Notes: a model not told the origin generated them from the sequence alone. DNA of 64,000 nucleotides from Candidatus Aceula meridiana (GCA_030765185.1 JAVCDE010000024.1:251538-315537), one strand, 5' to 3'. Positions 41,699 through 51,933 are shown, counted from the first letter of the stretch. Program-made: numbers and translations.

Positions 41699-42901
41699 CT
41701 ATTCCAAAAAAGACAAATCATACAGGACCTCTCTGCCCAGCTCTTGAGACAAGCTATTAACTTGTTTTTTTAGCTTGACCATCATCTTTTCTCGGTCAAT
41801 TGTTGCTTCTTTAAACTGCTGCAAGTCCTTTAAGTTTTGCTCCAATTCCTGCCTTGACCTGTTGCGATCGGTAATATCATATCCATAAAAATTTACATAC
41901 CCACTTTCTTTAACCGGTGAAACAGTAATTAAGAATACTCTGTCTTCTTCTTCTTCTTCTTCTAAGTTTTTATTTAATTCCAATGATTTTGAAATTATAT
42001 CCTGCCACCTCTCCGGCACAGGTTGCCCAACTCCACACTCCCACTTGCTAAGTAATAACTCCCCTGATTTATTGGAATATAGCACTTTCCCATCTTTATT
42101 AATGCGCATCACTGGATTAGGATTTTCAGAAGGAAAACTCATGAGGTTTTTCATTTCTTCTTCTGCTTTTTCGCGCTCAGTAACGTCCTGGCCTGTGGAA
42201 AGAATTCCCAAAATATTTCCGTCGCTATCTTTCAAGGTCTTGCCATGCCATTCAATAGACCTTAATGAGCCGTCTTTTGTGACAATAGAATTAATATTCC
42301 CTTCGATTGAAATGCCACGAGCTGCTTCTTTAAAAACTTTCGCTATTCTTTCCTTGTCAGACTCTAGAATAAATGTTTGAATCCAGTCTTTTCCAACTAC
42401 TTCTTTTAATGTGTATCCAGAAATCTTTTCCATGTACGGATTAAAATCAAGAATTTTTCCTTCCAAGTCTAAAGTCATAATAATTACTTGTGCAGTTTTA
42501 ATCACTTTTTTTAAAAAATAATGTTCTTTCCGTAAAGACTCCCGCGCCTGCTTGCGCTCAGTAATATTTTTCAAAATAACGACAATTTGCGTCTTTTCTT
42601 CATTTAAAATCGATGAAGATACCTCAAGATCTAGAGTAGTTCCATCTTTGCAGCGATGCTTTGTTTCAAAGCAATCACTCCCTTTTTCCTTAATTAATCG
42701 AATATGATTTTTAATCTCTTCGGGAGTTTCAATAACATCAAAATCAGGAATTTTCAAAGAAAGAACTTCCTCTCTGCTATATCCTGTCATGTTACAATAC
42801 GCAGGATTAACATCAAGAATCTTACCATGTAAATCAACAACCCGAATTCCATCTAGGGAATTATCAAATATTTTCTTGTATTTTTCGTCATGATTTTTCA
42901 T
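41699..42901 (-). CDS. Cytoplasmic multi-PAS protein ending in a coiled coil, no catalytic output
   Basis: Three PAS repeats (NPAYCNMTGY, NPYMEKISGY, ENPNPVMRI); C-terminal DREKMMVKLKKQVNSL. Confidence 0.85.
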   Translation of the reverse strand: MKNHDEKYKKIFDNSLDGIRVVDLHGKILDVNPAYCNMTGYSREEVLSLKIPDFDVIETPEEIKNHIRLIKEKGSDCFETKHRCKDGTTLDLEVSSSILNEEKTQIVVILKNITERKQARESLRKEHYFLKKVIKTAQVIIMTLDLEGKILDFNPYMEKISGYTLKEVVGKDWIQTFILESDKERIAKVFKEAARGISIEGNINSIVTKDGSLRSIEWHGKTLKDSDGNILGILSTGQDVTEREKAEEEMKNLMSFPSENPNPVMRINKDGKVLYSNKSGELLLSKWECGVGQPVPERWQDIISKSLELNKNLEEEEEEDRVFLITVSPVKESGYVNFYGYDITDRNRSRQELEQNLKDLQQFKEATIDREKMMVKLKKQVNSLSQELGREVLYDLSFLE

Positions 42902-42963
42902 AAAGCCACCCTTTCTTTAAGTTAACCGCAATGCCTCGCAAATTCAAACAAGCTAATAACATA

Positions 42964-43000
42964 AAAGCTCCGCATATCGTTATAAAATGTGCGGAGCTTT
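42964..43000. terminator. Hairpin in the leader of the PAS gene / downstream of feoB
   Basis: AAAGCTCCGCATAT...ATGTGCGGAGCTTT inverted repeat. Confidence 0.6.
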
Positions 43001-43217
43001 AAAAAATCCATGTAAACGCAAAACGCGTTTTCTATCTTTTTCAACTAGTATCTTGCATAATCCCTCTTCTATTTCCCTTCCTTCGCTATTACTAACCTCT
43101 ACACGCCTACTCTACACCCCTTATTACAAAAGTCGATGCAATTAAATAAGGGTAAAATGAATAAAAATCCTCATAAAAAGACAAAATTTTATGTTTCTTT
43201 TAACATTTCTTAAATTT

Positions 43218-45473
43218 CTATAAGCACAAAAACCTTTTTTGTCTCTTTAAAAAGAAATAAACCCCTACAAAAGCAACAGCAATGCTTACAATATACCTTA
43301 GCGAAGCCAAAGGATGCGAAACGAAAGTCATAACTTGATAGAATACCGTTGCAGCACTCCAAGCCAAAAACAACGAATAAATAACGCTAAAGGCCATCCA
43401 TCTTAAATTGAGCTCTTGATAAATCGCCCCGGCAGTTGCAATGCAGGGAATATAAAGAAGAATAAAAAGAAGATATGCAAAAGCGCCTTTTTGGCCGTCA
43501 AAACGCTTAGTCATGGAATTCTTTAAAGATCGGGAAATCTCCGGAGAGCCGGGTGCCTGCTTTGAAAATGAAAACGGCCATGTAATTTCTTTTAAATTTC
43601 TAAAAATACTTTCAAAAGCCAAAGAAACCTTGCCTGAGAAATTTTCCTTTTTTTCATCAGTAACCTGGTCTGAGTCCAAATTACCATATAAAGAATCGAG
43701 CGTGCCGATAACAGATTCCTTGGCAAAAATCCCTGTAAAAATTCCAACGACCGCAGGCCAATTTTCTTCCTGAATCCCCATAGGCGCAAACAAAACCGTA
43801 ACGGGTCTTGCAATTTTTCCTAAAAAAAGATCTTCAGGTTGTTTGCGCGGCGATCTAACATCTTGCGCAAATCCAAACATGTTTAATATCACAATCACTA
43901 AAAGAATAGCCCGTCCGGCTTTGATGATAAATCCTTTTAGCCTTCCCCATGTATGAATTAATATCCCTTTTAATGTCGGCAGATGATACGGAGGAAGCTC
44001 AAATATAAAACTTGAAGGCTGGCCTTTAAGCGCAGTATTCTTTAATAAAAATGCCGTCATAATGCCGAAAAAAATCCCGATTAAATAAAGCGAGAAAATA
44101 ACGATCCCTCCTATTTTTGGGAAAAAAGCTGCCGCGAATAAAGCATAAACCGGCAAGCGGGCAGCACACGACATAAACGGATTCATCATAACAGCCAATG
44201 CGCGGTCTCTGGCGTTCTCCAGTGTCCGTGTTGCCATAATCGCAGGAACATTGCAGCCAAACCCAATCAGCATTGGAACAAAGGCCTTGCCCGGCAGCCC
44301 CACCGACCGCATTAGTCCATCAGCGACAAAAGCCGCCCGCGCCATATAGCCGGAATCTTCCAAAATCGCCATGCAGAAAAAAATAAAGAATATCGGAGGA
44401 ATAAAAGTAGAAACAGTCTGGAGGCCTCCCCCAATTCCATTGGCAAAAAATGTTATTAAAAGCTGTGGCGCACCAACAACGGTTAAAAGATTTCTTGTGC
44501 CATCCACAAAAATAGCCCCGAAAAGAATCTCAAAAAAATCGATAAAACACCCTCCGAGGTTAATCGTAACCCAAAACATCAAATACATTGTAAGAAGAAA
44601 AAAAGGAATCCCTAAAAATCGATTTAAAACAACTTTGTCAACCGCATCGGAAATATCTCTACGAAAAGAATCTGAGCGCTGAATTGTTTTTTTGCAAACC
44701 GAATGAACAAAACCATAACGGCTATCGGCAATAACAACATCCACGTCTTCGCCAATGATTTCTTTGATGCGTTTACGGCCTAAAGCAATAATCTCTTCTA
44801 GCGAGCCTTCTCCTTGAAATTTTTTTCCGAGGGCATCGCCTTCCAAAATTTTTATCGCCATCCACCGAGGGTCATAAAATGAAAATTCTTTTTTATTTTT
44901 AATATACAAAATAATTTTTTGAAGGGTGTCTTCAGCCTCTTGCGGAAAATAAATATTTACGCTGGACACTTCTTTTTTATCGGCAGATGCCGCAATCGCA
45001 TTTTTAAGAGCATTAATGCCTTCGCCTCTGCTGGCAACAGTGCCGACAACCGGGCAACCTAAGGCCCTTGAGAGTTCTTCAATGTTAATCTGTATTTTCT
45101 TCTGACGTGCCCGGTCCATCATGTTAAGGACCAAAACACATGGGATGCGCATCTCTAGAAGCTGAACGGTAAGATACAAATGCCTCTCAAGGCTTGAGGC
45201 ATCGGCGATGTTAATAACAACATCCGGGCTTTCCTTTAGAATAAAATCTCTAGCAACTTTTTCATCTAACGAAGATGTCAACAAAGAATAAATGCCGGGA
45301 AGGTCTACTACGTGGATATTGCTTTTGCCGTGTTGGTAGCTGCCGGTTTTCTGCTCAACCGTAACACCCGGCCAATTGCCTACGTGCTGTTTTGCGCCGA
45401 CCAACGCATTAAACAGCGACGTCTTACCGCTGTTGGGGTTGCCCAAAATTCCTATTTTTATTTTTTTAGCCAT
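43218..45473 (-). CDS. feoB: Ferrous iron transporter FeoB
   Basis: GNPNSGKT, VGNWPGVTVE, DLPGIY, NMMD, GFGCNVP, PFMSCAARL. Confidence 0.97.
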   Translation of the reverse strand: MAKKIKIGILGNPNSGKTSLFNALVGAKQHVGNWPGVTVEQKTGSYQHGKSNIHVVDLPGIYSLLTSSLDEKVARDFILKESPDVVINIADASSLERHLYLTVQLLEMRIPCVLVLNMMDRARQKKIQINIEELSRALGCPVVGTVASRGEGINALKNAIAASADKKEVSSVNIYFPQEAEDTLQKIILYIKNKKEFSFYDPRWMAIKILEGDALGKKFQGEGSLEEIIALGRKRIKEIIGEDVDVVIADSRYGFVHSVCKKTIQRSDSFRRDISDAVDKVVLNRFLGIPFFLLTMYLMFWVTINLGGCFIDFFEILFGAIFVDGTRNLLTVVGAPQLLITFFANGIGGGLQTVSTFIPPIFFIFFCMAILEDSGYMARAAFVADGLMRSVGLPGKAFVPMLIGFGCNVPAIMATRTLENARDRALAVMMNPFMSCAARLPVYALFAAAFFPKIGGIVIFSLYLIGIFFGIMTAFLLKNTALKGQPSSFIFELPPYHLPTLKGILIHTWGRLKGFIIKAGRAILLVIVILNMFGFAQDVRSPRKQPEDLFLGKIARPVTVLFAPMGIQEENWPAVVGIFTGIFAKESVIGTLDSLYGNLDSDQVTDEKKENFSGKVSLAFESIFRNLKEITWPFSFSKQAPGSPEISRSLKNSMTKRFDGQKGAFAYLLFILLYIPCIATAGAIYQELNLRWMAFSVIYSLFLAWSAATVFYQVMTFVSHPLASLRYIVSIAVAFVGVYFFLKRQKRFLCL

Positions 45474-45482
45474 ATGAGAATT

Positions 45483-46175
45483 TTATTCTTCAAAGATAAA
45501 AATATTTTGAGCTTCACCTCGGCCAATGGCCAAACGAGAATCCTTCAGCTCAACAATAAGAGGCCCAAAGTATGAATTCTTGATAATTTTAATGGTGGCG
45601 TTAGGCACAAACCCTAAGTCCATTAACCTTCGCTTTAAATGTAACCCACCCTCAATCTTTGAAAGTTTAACAGTTTTATTTTCAGGGATAAGCGTAATCG
45701 GAACCACTTTTTTGCTGGCCGGATGGCATTCGCCACAAACTCCATAAACTTCAAGCTTATGGAAAAGAGGCCGCGCTCCTTTTTCAAAAATCAAAGAATC
45801 TTGCAGCTTCTCGAGCTGAATATTGCTAAATTCAATAATCTTTTTGCATTTAACGCAAATAAAATGGTCATGGTGTTTGTCCGACCGAAGCGGTTCATAG
45901 CGCTTAAAATCTTCCCCCTCAAATTGAAGATATGCCGCAAAACCAATTTCCGAAAACAGTTGAAGAGCGACATCAACGATTTGATCGCTAACATCAATCC
46001 CCTCGCTTTGCAAGATTTCATGAAACTCTTCAGCAGAGACATGGCTTTTAATAGCGGAAAACTCCGCAACGATCCGAGAGCAGATATCTTGAGGGATATT
46101 CTCTTTTTTATGCAAAAGCTCGCTCAAATGATCCTGAATTTCCTTTTCAATAATCTGAACATCTCCATAGAGCAT
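45483..46175 (-). CDS. Fur-family domain fused to FeoA
   Basis: HHDHFICVKC...YGVCGEC (Fur) followed by KRRLMDLGFVP...GPLIVELKDSRLAIGRGEA (FeoA). Confidence 0.88.
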   Translation of the reverse strand: MLYGDVQIIEKEIQDHLSELLHKKENIPQDICSRIVAEFSAIKSHVSAEEFHEILQSEGIDVSDQIVDVALQLFSEIGFAAYLQFEGEDFKRYEPLRSDKHHDHFICVKCKKIIEFSNIQLEKLQDSLIFEKGARPLFHKLEVYGVCGECHPASKKVVPITLIPENKTVKLSKIEGGLHLKRRLMDLGFVPNATIKIIKNSYFGPLIVELKDSRLAIGRGEAQNIFIFEE

Positions 46176-46178
46176 GTA

Positions 46179-46664
46179 TTACCTCTTTTTTGTGCAAGAA
46201 ATAACCTTTCCCTTCTTGCAATACGTTTTAAAATGTGTAAGCCATTGAGGCTCCTGATTCTTAGATTTTTTATCCATAAATTCAATAAGCTTGTAAAATC
46301 GTCCAAAAGTTTTTGGGCTCATCGCATGCTCCATTTTACAGGCATCCTCTGAAGCTATTTTTGAATCAACACCCAAAATTTCACAAATAAACCGCGTCAA
46401 CGTCTTATGACGCTGATAAACACTCTCGGCGAGGGCCGCTCCTTGCTTAGTAAGTTCAACTCCTCCATAGCGCTCGTGTACAACTAACCCTTTTTGAGAC
46501 AACACCCCCAAGGCCTCAGTTACACTTGGTCGTTTTACCTTTAAAAGCGTACTTAAATCAACAGAGCGCACACGCTCGTTTTGCTTTTTTAAGATAGAAA
46601 TCGCCTCTAAATAATCCTGCATTTTTGGGCTCAAATCTTCAATAGACGCTACAATATTATTCAC
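46179..46664 (-). CDS. DtxR/MntR family metal-dependent repressor (two-domain form)
   Basis: MQDYLEAI, PSVTEAL, LTKQG, RH..L, DACKMEHAMS. Confidence 0.93.
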   Translation of the reverse strand: MNNIVASIEDLSPKMQDYLEAISILKKQNERVRSVDLSTLLKVKRPSVTEALGVLSQKGLVVHERYGGVELTKQGAALAESVYQRHKTLTRFICEILGVDSKIASEDACKMEHAMSPKTFGRFYKLIEFMDKKSKNQEPQWLTHFKTYCKKGKVISCTKKR

Positions 46665-46677
46665 AGGAACCCCCCCC

Positions 46678-46720
46678 CTATTTGTTAGGTTAGCCTAACA
46701 AATAGCACCCTCCCTGTCAA
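46678..46720 (-). promoter_or_regulatory. Promoter with DtxR/IdeR-type operator
   Basis: CTATTTGTTAGG-TTAG-CCTAACAAATAG palindrome (46678-46705) contains TTAGGTTAGCCTAAC of the DtxR consensus; TTGACA-N17-TAGGCT has its -10 inside the palindrome. Confidence 0.85.
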
Positions 46721-46828
46721 GAAAATTAAAAGGACAAAATTTAACTATTGCCTTCAAAAGATTTTATGCTAAAATCACTTTTAATTAGAAAAAACTTAAC
46801 CTTAGTTTCTAAGAAAGGACATGCATAG

Positions 46829-46999
46829 ATGACACACAAAATTACAGACAAATGTACTGCCTGCGGTAGCTGCAAGCCAGAATGCCCTGTTGAGGCAATT
46901 TCTGAAGGCGATCCAAAGTACACCATTGACCCAGAAAAGTGTATCGATTGTGGCGCTTGCGTTTCTGTTTGCCCAACAGACGCGATTGAAGCTGAATAA
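46829..46999 (+). CDS. fdx: 2x[4Fe-4S] clostridial-type ferredoxin (56 aa, below the ORF-track cutoff)
   Basis: MTHKITDKCTACGSCKPECPVEAISEGDPKYTIDPEKCIDCGACVSVCPTDAIEAE; AAGGA RBS; two CxxCxxCxxxCP motifs. Confidence 0.95.
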   Translation: MTHKITDKCTACGSCKPECPVEAISEGDPKYTIDPEKCIDCGACVSVCPTDAIEAE

Positions 47000-47014
47000 A
47001 TTTAAAAGGCATAA

Positions 47015-47046
47015 AAAAGAGCCCCGTCAAAAGACGGGGCTCTTTT
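47015..47046. terminator. Bidirectional terminator between fdx and the PhoH gene
   Basis: AAAAGAGCCCCGTC-AAAA-GACGGGGCTCTTTT. Confidence 0.88.
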
Positions 47047-47069
47047 GCTTTCTCTGTTAATAAGCTCTT

Positions 47070-48404
47070 CTAAAGTTCTTCTACGGCCAACGATGCAAGT
47101 TCCGACCGTTCACTTTTTGTCAAAAGAATATGCCCAAAAAGCTTATATTTTTTAAGCCTTTCGACGGTATAAGATAATCCGTTAGAATTGGCATCCAAAT
47201 ACGGATTGTCAATCTGGTCTGGGTCTCCGGTCAAAATAATCTTGGTCCCTTCCCCAGCGCGCGAAACAATCGTTTTGACTTCGTGCGGAGTTAAATTCTG
47301 AGCTTCGTCAACAATCATAAACTGATTCGGGATACTTCTTCCGCGAATATACGTTAACGCCTCAACTTCGATTGTGTCAGAATGCATGAGGCCCTCAACC
47401 GTCAAATCGCTTGTCACAACACCTTCTGGTTTTGAAGCTAAAGATGTCTTTAAAATAAAATCCAAATTATCATAAATTGGCTGCATCCAATATGTCAGCT
47501 TCTTTTCTTTGCTTCCTGGCAAATATCCAATATCTTTTCCTAAAGGAATAATCGGCCTTGCCACCAAAAGCCTTTCATAAGACGATTCTTTATGCATAAC
47601 CTTAGAAAGACCACACGCTAAGGCCATTAATGTTTTTCCTGTTCCGGCCTGACCAACTAAAGTCACTAGCTTAATTTTATCGTTAAGCAAAAGATCAAAG
47701 GCAAAGCGCTGTTCCATGTTCATCGGGCGGATCCCCATTGCGGAAAACTCTTCCCGAATAGGAACAAGACTGGTATCTATGCTATGGTAATGACAGATTA
47801 CAGAAGACCCGGAATTATCTTTCGCCCTCGCTAAGACGTGCTCATTCTCAAGAAAAGTATAACCTTTAAGGTCTAGCTTATTCTCTGTATAAAGCTTATT
47901 GACCTCCTCCTTTGGAATGTTAATCTCCCTCCAGCCTTTATAAAGATTAGAATACTCAACTTTTTCTTTTTCATAATCAGAAGATTTAATCCCTAAGGCT
48001 TCTGCCTTAATGCGAGCATTGATATCTTTTGAAATAAAAAAGACCAAGTTTCCTTTTCTCTGCAAAAACCAAGCCACAGCGAGAATTTTGTTATCCGTTA
48101 GCTGCGGGTCCATATCCGGAAGTTTTGATTCCTTAGGGCCAAAGGCAATCATCAAAGTTCCGCCATTAGCCATTTTAGCACCTTTTTTTAAAGCCCCTTT
48201 TTTAATAAGTCCATCGATCTCACGTAAAACTTCTCTTGCATTCATTCCCTTTTTATCAGGGCTGGCTTTAAAGCTATCTAACTCCTCAATAACCATCACC
48301 GGAACAATCACCGTATTATCTGCAAACGAATGGATAGAATGCGGATTATGGAGTAGCACGTTTGTGTCTAAGACAAAACATTTTTTCTTCATGGATTTCC
48401 TCAT
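47070..48404 (-). CDS. PIN-PhoH protein (PhoH2/YlaK-like)
   Basis: VLDTNVLLH PIN domain; GQAGTGKT, GYLPG, YIRGRS, DEAQN. Confidence 0.92.
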   Translation of the reverse strand: MRKSMKKKCFVLDTNVLLHNPHSIHSFADNTVIVPVMVIEELDSFKASPDKKGMNAREVLREIDGLIKKGALKKGAKMANGGTLMIAFGPKESKLPDMDPQLTDNKILAVAWFLQRKGNLVFFISKDINARIKAEALGIKSSDYEKEKVEYSNLYKGWREINIPKEEVNKLYTENKLDLKGYTFLENEHVLARAKDNSGSSVICHYHSIDTSLVPIREEFSAMGIRPMNMEQRFAFDLLLNDKIKLVTLVGQAGTGKTLMALACGLSKVMHKESSYERLLVARPIIPLGKDIGYLPGSKEKKLTYWMQPIYDNLDFILKTSLASKPEGVVTSDLTVEGLMHSDTIEVEALTYIRGRSIPNQFMIVDEAQNLTPHEVKTIVSRAGEGTKIILTGDPDQIDNPYLDANSNGLSYTVERLKKYKLFGHILLTKSERSELASLAVEEL

Positions 48405-48411
48405 TTTGTGA

Positions 48412-50157
48412 TTAAAGGTCTTTTAAGACAGCGCCTGTATCGGCTGATGTAACAAATGCGGCATAGCGTTTGAGCCATCCACCCTGCACTTTTGATTTAA
48501 AAGGTTTTAATCTTTTTAAGCGCTTCTTTATTTCAGCTTTTGAAAGTTTAACGTTCAGTTTATTTTTGTGCGCATCGATTTCAATGATATCCCCGTTTTT
48601 AATAATCGCAATTTCCCCTCCGGCGGCTGCCTCAGGCGAAACATGGCCGATGCAAAGCCCTCTGGTTCCTCCTGAAAAACGTCCGTCCGTGATTAGGGCT
48701 GCACGAACACCAGACCCTTTAATCGCGGAAGTAGGTGATAACATCTCTTGCATGCCAGGGCCCCCTTTAGGACCCTCGTAGCGGATAACAACCACATCTC
48801 CGTCTTTTACCTTTCCTTTTAAAATACCATCAAGCGCGTCTTCTTGAGATTCAAAGATCTTAGCCGGTCCGGAGAAGGTCATCATATCGCTCTCGACTCC
48901 GCTTAGCTTTACAACAGAACCAAGCCGTGCAATATTTCCAAATAAAATTGTTAAGCCCCCTTCCTGCGAAAATGCCTTTTTTACTGTCTTTAAAACTTTT
49001 CCATCCGGCTTAGGTGATTTCTTAACATATGCACCCAATGTTCCATAAACTGTTTTTGCATTTAATCTTAACGGTGCCTTGCTTCCGTCAGAAACAGCGC
49101 GCAAGATTGCACCGATGCCGCCTACGCGATGAACATCTTGAAGATGAACATCCATCCTCGATGGAGAAATTTTGATGACATTAGGCGTAACCTTTGAAAG
49201 CTGATTAATACGCTTAAGATCATAAGAAATGCCTGCCTCGTGAGCAAGTGCTAAAACATGTAAAACCGTATTGGTTGACCCACCCATGGCCATATCTAAA
49301 ATAAACGCATTATCAATCGAATGCTTTTTTAGAATATCCAGAGGACGAATATTCTTTTTTAACAAATATAACAGTCGATTAGCGGCATCTTTAACAAGTC
49401 CGATTCTTTTTGGATTAATTTTATATTGATGCGCTTTTCCTTTTACAGGAACAGTGGCGGTAATCGTTCCGTTTCCGGGAAGCGCAAAGCCTAATGCCTC
49501 GCCTAAACAATTCATAGAGTTAGCTGTAAACATTCCTGAACAACTGCCAAAGCTTGGGCAGGCATGCGTCGTTAAGTTTTCGAGTTTAGACTTGCTCATT
49601 TTTCCGGCGCTGTGCTGCCCCACGCCTTCAAAGATTGAAATTAAATCTGTACAGCGACTGCCGGCTAACATCGGTCCGCCTGAAACATAAATAGATGGAA
49701 TATTAATCCGCACCATCGCGTTATACATCGCCGGCACAATCTTGTCGCAATTGCCAATGCCAATCCAAGCGTCACAAGGATGCGCTCCAATAATAGTTTC
49801 AATTTGATCGGCAATAAGCTCGCGGGATGCCAGCGAATACTTCATGCCAAAATGCCCCATGGCAATACCATCACAAATTGCTCCGCCGATATTGGCATAC
49901 CAGACATTAACACCCTTAGACTCGAGTTCTTTCTTAACAATATGTCCCAATTCCTCCAAATGAGCGTGGCCGGGAATTTGATTGGTGTAAGAATTAATAA
50001 CCGTAACAAAAGGTTTTTTTAAATCTTTGATGTTCTTTAAAACTCCTTCGGCCATCATCAGCGAAATATTCGGAAGTCGATGAGCTCCTTCTCGGAAGAC
50101 TCCGCTTCCGCTTTTTCGCACGTTTTCGATTCCTTGATTAACAGCATGTTTAGACAT
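48412..50157 (-). CDS. ilvD: Dihydroxy-acid dehydratase
   Basis: [44 protein letters not shown]. Confidence 0.95.
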   Translation of the reverse strand: MSKHAVNQGIENVRKSGSGVFREGAHRLPNISLMMAEGVLKNIKDLKKPFVTVINSYTNQIPGHAHLEELGHIVKKELESKGVNVWYANIGGAICDGIAMGHFGMKYSLASRELIADQIETIIGAHPCDAWIGIGNCDKIVPAMYNAMVRINIPSIYVSGGPMLAGSRCTDLISIFEGVGQHSAGKMSKSKLENLTTHACPSFGSCSGMFTANSMNCLGEALGFALPGNGTITATVPVKGKAHQYKINPKRIGLVKDAANRLLYLLKKNIRPLDILKKHSIDNAFILDMAMGGSTNTVLHVLALAHEAGISYDLKRINQLSKVTPNVIKISPSRMDVHLQDVHRVGGIGAILRAVSDGSKAPLRLNAKTVYGTLGAYVKKSPKPDGKVLKTVKKAFSQEGGLTILFGNIARLGSVVKLSGVESDMMTFSGPAKIFESQEDALDGILKGKVKDGDVVVIRYEGPKGGPGMQEMLSPTSAIKGSGVRAALITDGRFSGGTRGLCIGHVSPEAAAGGEIAIIKNGDIIEIDAHKNKLNVKLSKAEIKKRLKRLKPFKSKVQGGWLKRYAAFVTSADTGAVLKDL

Positions 50158-50286
50158 AATAAATCTCCTCTGGTTATATTTAAGGTGAACATCCTCCGAA
50201 ACCTTGGCGAAGGATGGATAAGGTTGGATTATATTTTAGCGCTTTGCTAGACTTGGGACAAGACAAAAAGAAAAGTTTCTTGTCTG

Positions 50287-50958
50287 TTATCTAGCCTTTC
50301 TTAAAATGAATTTATACGCTAGAAGTGTAAATCCAAGGTAAGAAAAGTTATAAACAAAATCTTCTAGAGGAATAGAAATGATACGCAGCCCCCCAATAAA
50401 TTGGGGATTATACTGAACAACCGGGATGCCGGTTAAAATCCCGTTAAAAATTACAAATGGAATATAACAAATCAGGATATATCGCCAAAAATTTAGAGAA
50501 AAAAGAATATTCGGAAAGAATTTAACAGCAATAAAGAAAAATCCGGCCGTTGCGATAAAAGCCAAGGCAGTATAAGCTTGAGCATAACAAGCAAGGGCCA
50601 TTCCCAAAAAGAAAAGAATAACCCCATAAACACGATTTTCTTTAAAAGTAATTATTTTATCTTTCTTAAAATAGTTTATGACTTCATAGACAAAAAGACA
50701 ACTAAACGGCGTGGTGATAAAAAATAGTATTTCCTCTACCGGAAGATTAAAAATTCGCAGATGCCCTACATAGCGGGGATTAAAAGCCCAATGACCGTTG
50801 GCCGTAGCTACCATATCCCAAACAATATACAAAACGCCGACTGTTAGGATAGAAAAAAAGACCGCTGGCCACCTTTTAACATACCGGACCCGACTTTCGA
50901 AGGACAACAAAAGCGGAATACTAATAATAAAAATATTTAAAGAGAGATAAAAACTCAT
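50287..50958 (-). CDS. Lycopene cyclase domain membrane protein (fused CrtYc/Yd-type)
   Basis: Two repeats with WD...W.FNP...LPVEEILFF and FNGILT...IPLEDFVY. Confidence 0.85.
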   Translation of the reverse strand: MSFYLSLNIFIISIPLLLSFESRVRYVKRWPAVFFSILTVGVLYIVWDMVATANGHWAFNPRYVGHLRIFNLPVEEILFFITTPFSCLFVYEVINYFKKDKIITFKENRVYGVILFFLGMALACYAQAYTALAFIATAGFFFIAVKFFPNILFSLNFWRYILICYIPFVIFNGILTGIPVVQYNPQFIGGLRIISIPLEDFVYNFSYLGFTLLAYKFILRKAR

Positions 50959-51045
50959 CGTTAAAAACTATTGTAAGTGAACGCTTAAATGTAAGCAAAC
51001 AAATTTTTTCTTGGTTTTTATACCGGCTCCCATTACAATAAATTT

Positions 51046-51933
51046 GTGACAAACAAATCAAAAAAACTTGCTCAAAAAGGTTTTGTCCAAGCTAAAGCTA
51101 TCACGAAACAAGCTTCCCGAACATTTTATTTTGCGTCTTGTTTCTTGCCGAGAAAAAAGCGCCTTGCCGCTTATAGCATTTATGCCATATGCCGCTTAAG
51201 TGATGAAGCCGTTGACGGCCCTCAAGAACAAAAAAAACAATCACTAGAAGATATTCGTCAAAACATTCAGCAGGCCTATGGGCTTATTGAAATCACAGAC
51301 CCCCTTCTTTTTGCATTTCGCGCAACAGTCCAGGCCCATGGAATCCCCAAGAAATATTTTGATGAGTTAATTAGCGGTATGCGGATGGATTTAACTAAAA
51401 CACGTTATCAAAATTTTAACGAACTTTATCCTTATTGCTATAAAGTCGCCGGCGTAATTGGCCTTATTATGCTTAAAGTTTTCGATTATGAAAATATTAT
51501 TGCCGAAAAATACGCTGTAGATTTAGGAGTGGCCATGCAGTTGACGAACATCTTAAGAGATATAAAAGAAGATTGTAGCCGTGGCCGCATCTATTTGCCT
51601 ATCGATGAACTTGCAAAACAAAGAATTCATGATGAAAATATTCAGAACAATATTGTTGATGATAAATTCAAGAATCTAATAAAATTTCAGATAAAACGTG
51701 CCCGCTCTTATTATGTTCAAGCCAGCTATGGTATTGATCTCATTACAGATAAACGCTGTCGCCTTGTGGCCTTCTTGATGCTAGAACTTTATGCGGGAAT
51801 CTTAAAAAAGATAGCAGAAAATAACTACGACGTGTTTAAGCAAAGGGCTTGCGTTCCCTCCAAGCAAAAATTTGCCTTATTACCGGGCTTGATGATCCGG
51901 TTTGCCCGAGGCAAATTCCTTTTTACTGGCTAA
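51046..51933 (+). CDS. crtB: Phytoene synthase
   Basis: TFYFAS, YAICRLSDEAVD, YCYKVAGVIG, LGVAMQLTNILRDIKED, GRIYLP. Confidence 0.9.
   Translation: MTNKSKKLAQKGFVQAKAITKQASRTFYFASCFLPRKKRLAAYSIYAICRLSDEAVDGPQEQKKQSLEDIRQNIQQAYGLIEITDPLLFAFRATVQAHGIPKKYFDELISGMRMDLTKTRYQNFNELYPYCYKVAGVIGLIMLKVFDYENIIAEKYAVDLGVAMQLTNILRDIKEDCSRGRIYLPIDELAKQRIHDENIQNNIVDDKFKNLIKFQIKRARSYYVQASYGIDLITDKRCRLVAFLMLELYAGILKKIAENNYDVFKQRACVPSKQKFALLPGLMIRFARGKFLFTG

Noticed and set aside
45723-46352. 209-aa plus-strand ORF
   Set aside because: Fully antisense to fur-feoA and dtxR; no motifs
46741-47030. Minus-strand ORFs 46741-46926 and 46842-47030
   Set aside because: Shadows of the plus-strand ferredoxin
47070-48404. 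PIN-PhoH as a toxin-antitoxin or defence system
   Set aside because: No adjacent antitoxin; housekeeping context behind ilvD
50191-50219. ATCCTCCGAAACCTTGGCGAAGGATGGAT imperfect palindrome upstream of ilvD
   Set aside because: REP-like in appearance but single copy here; no leader peptide or T-box evidence for attenuation
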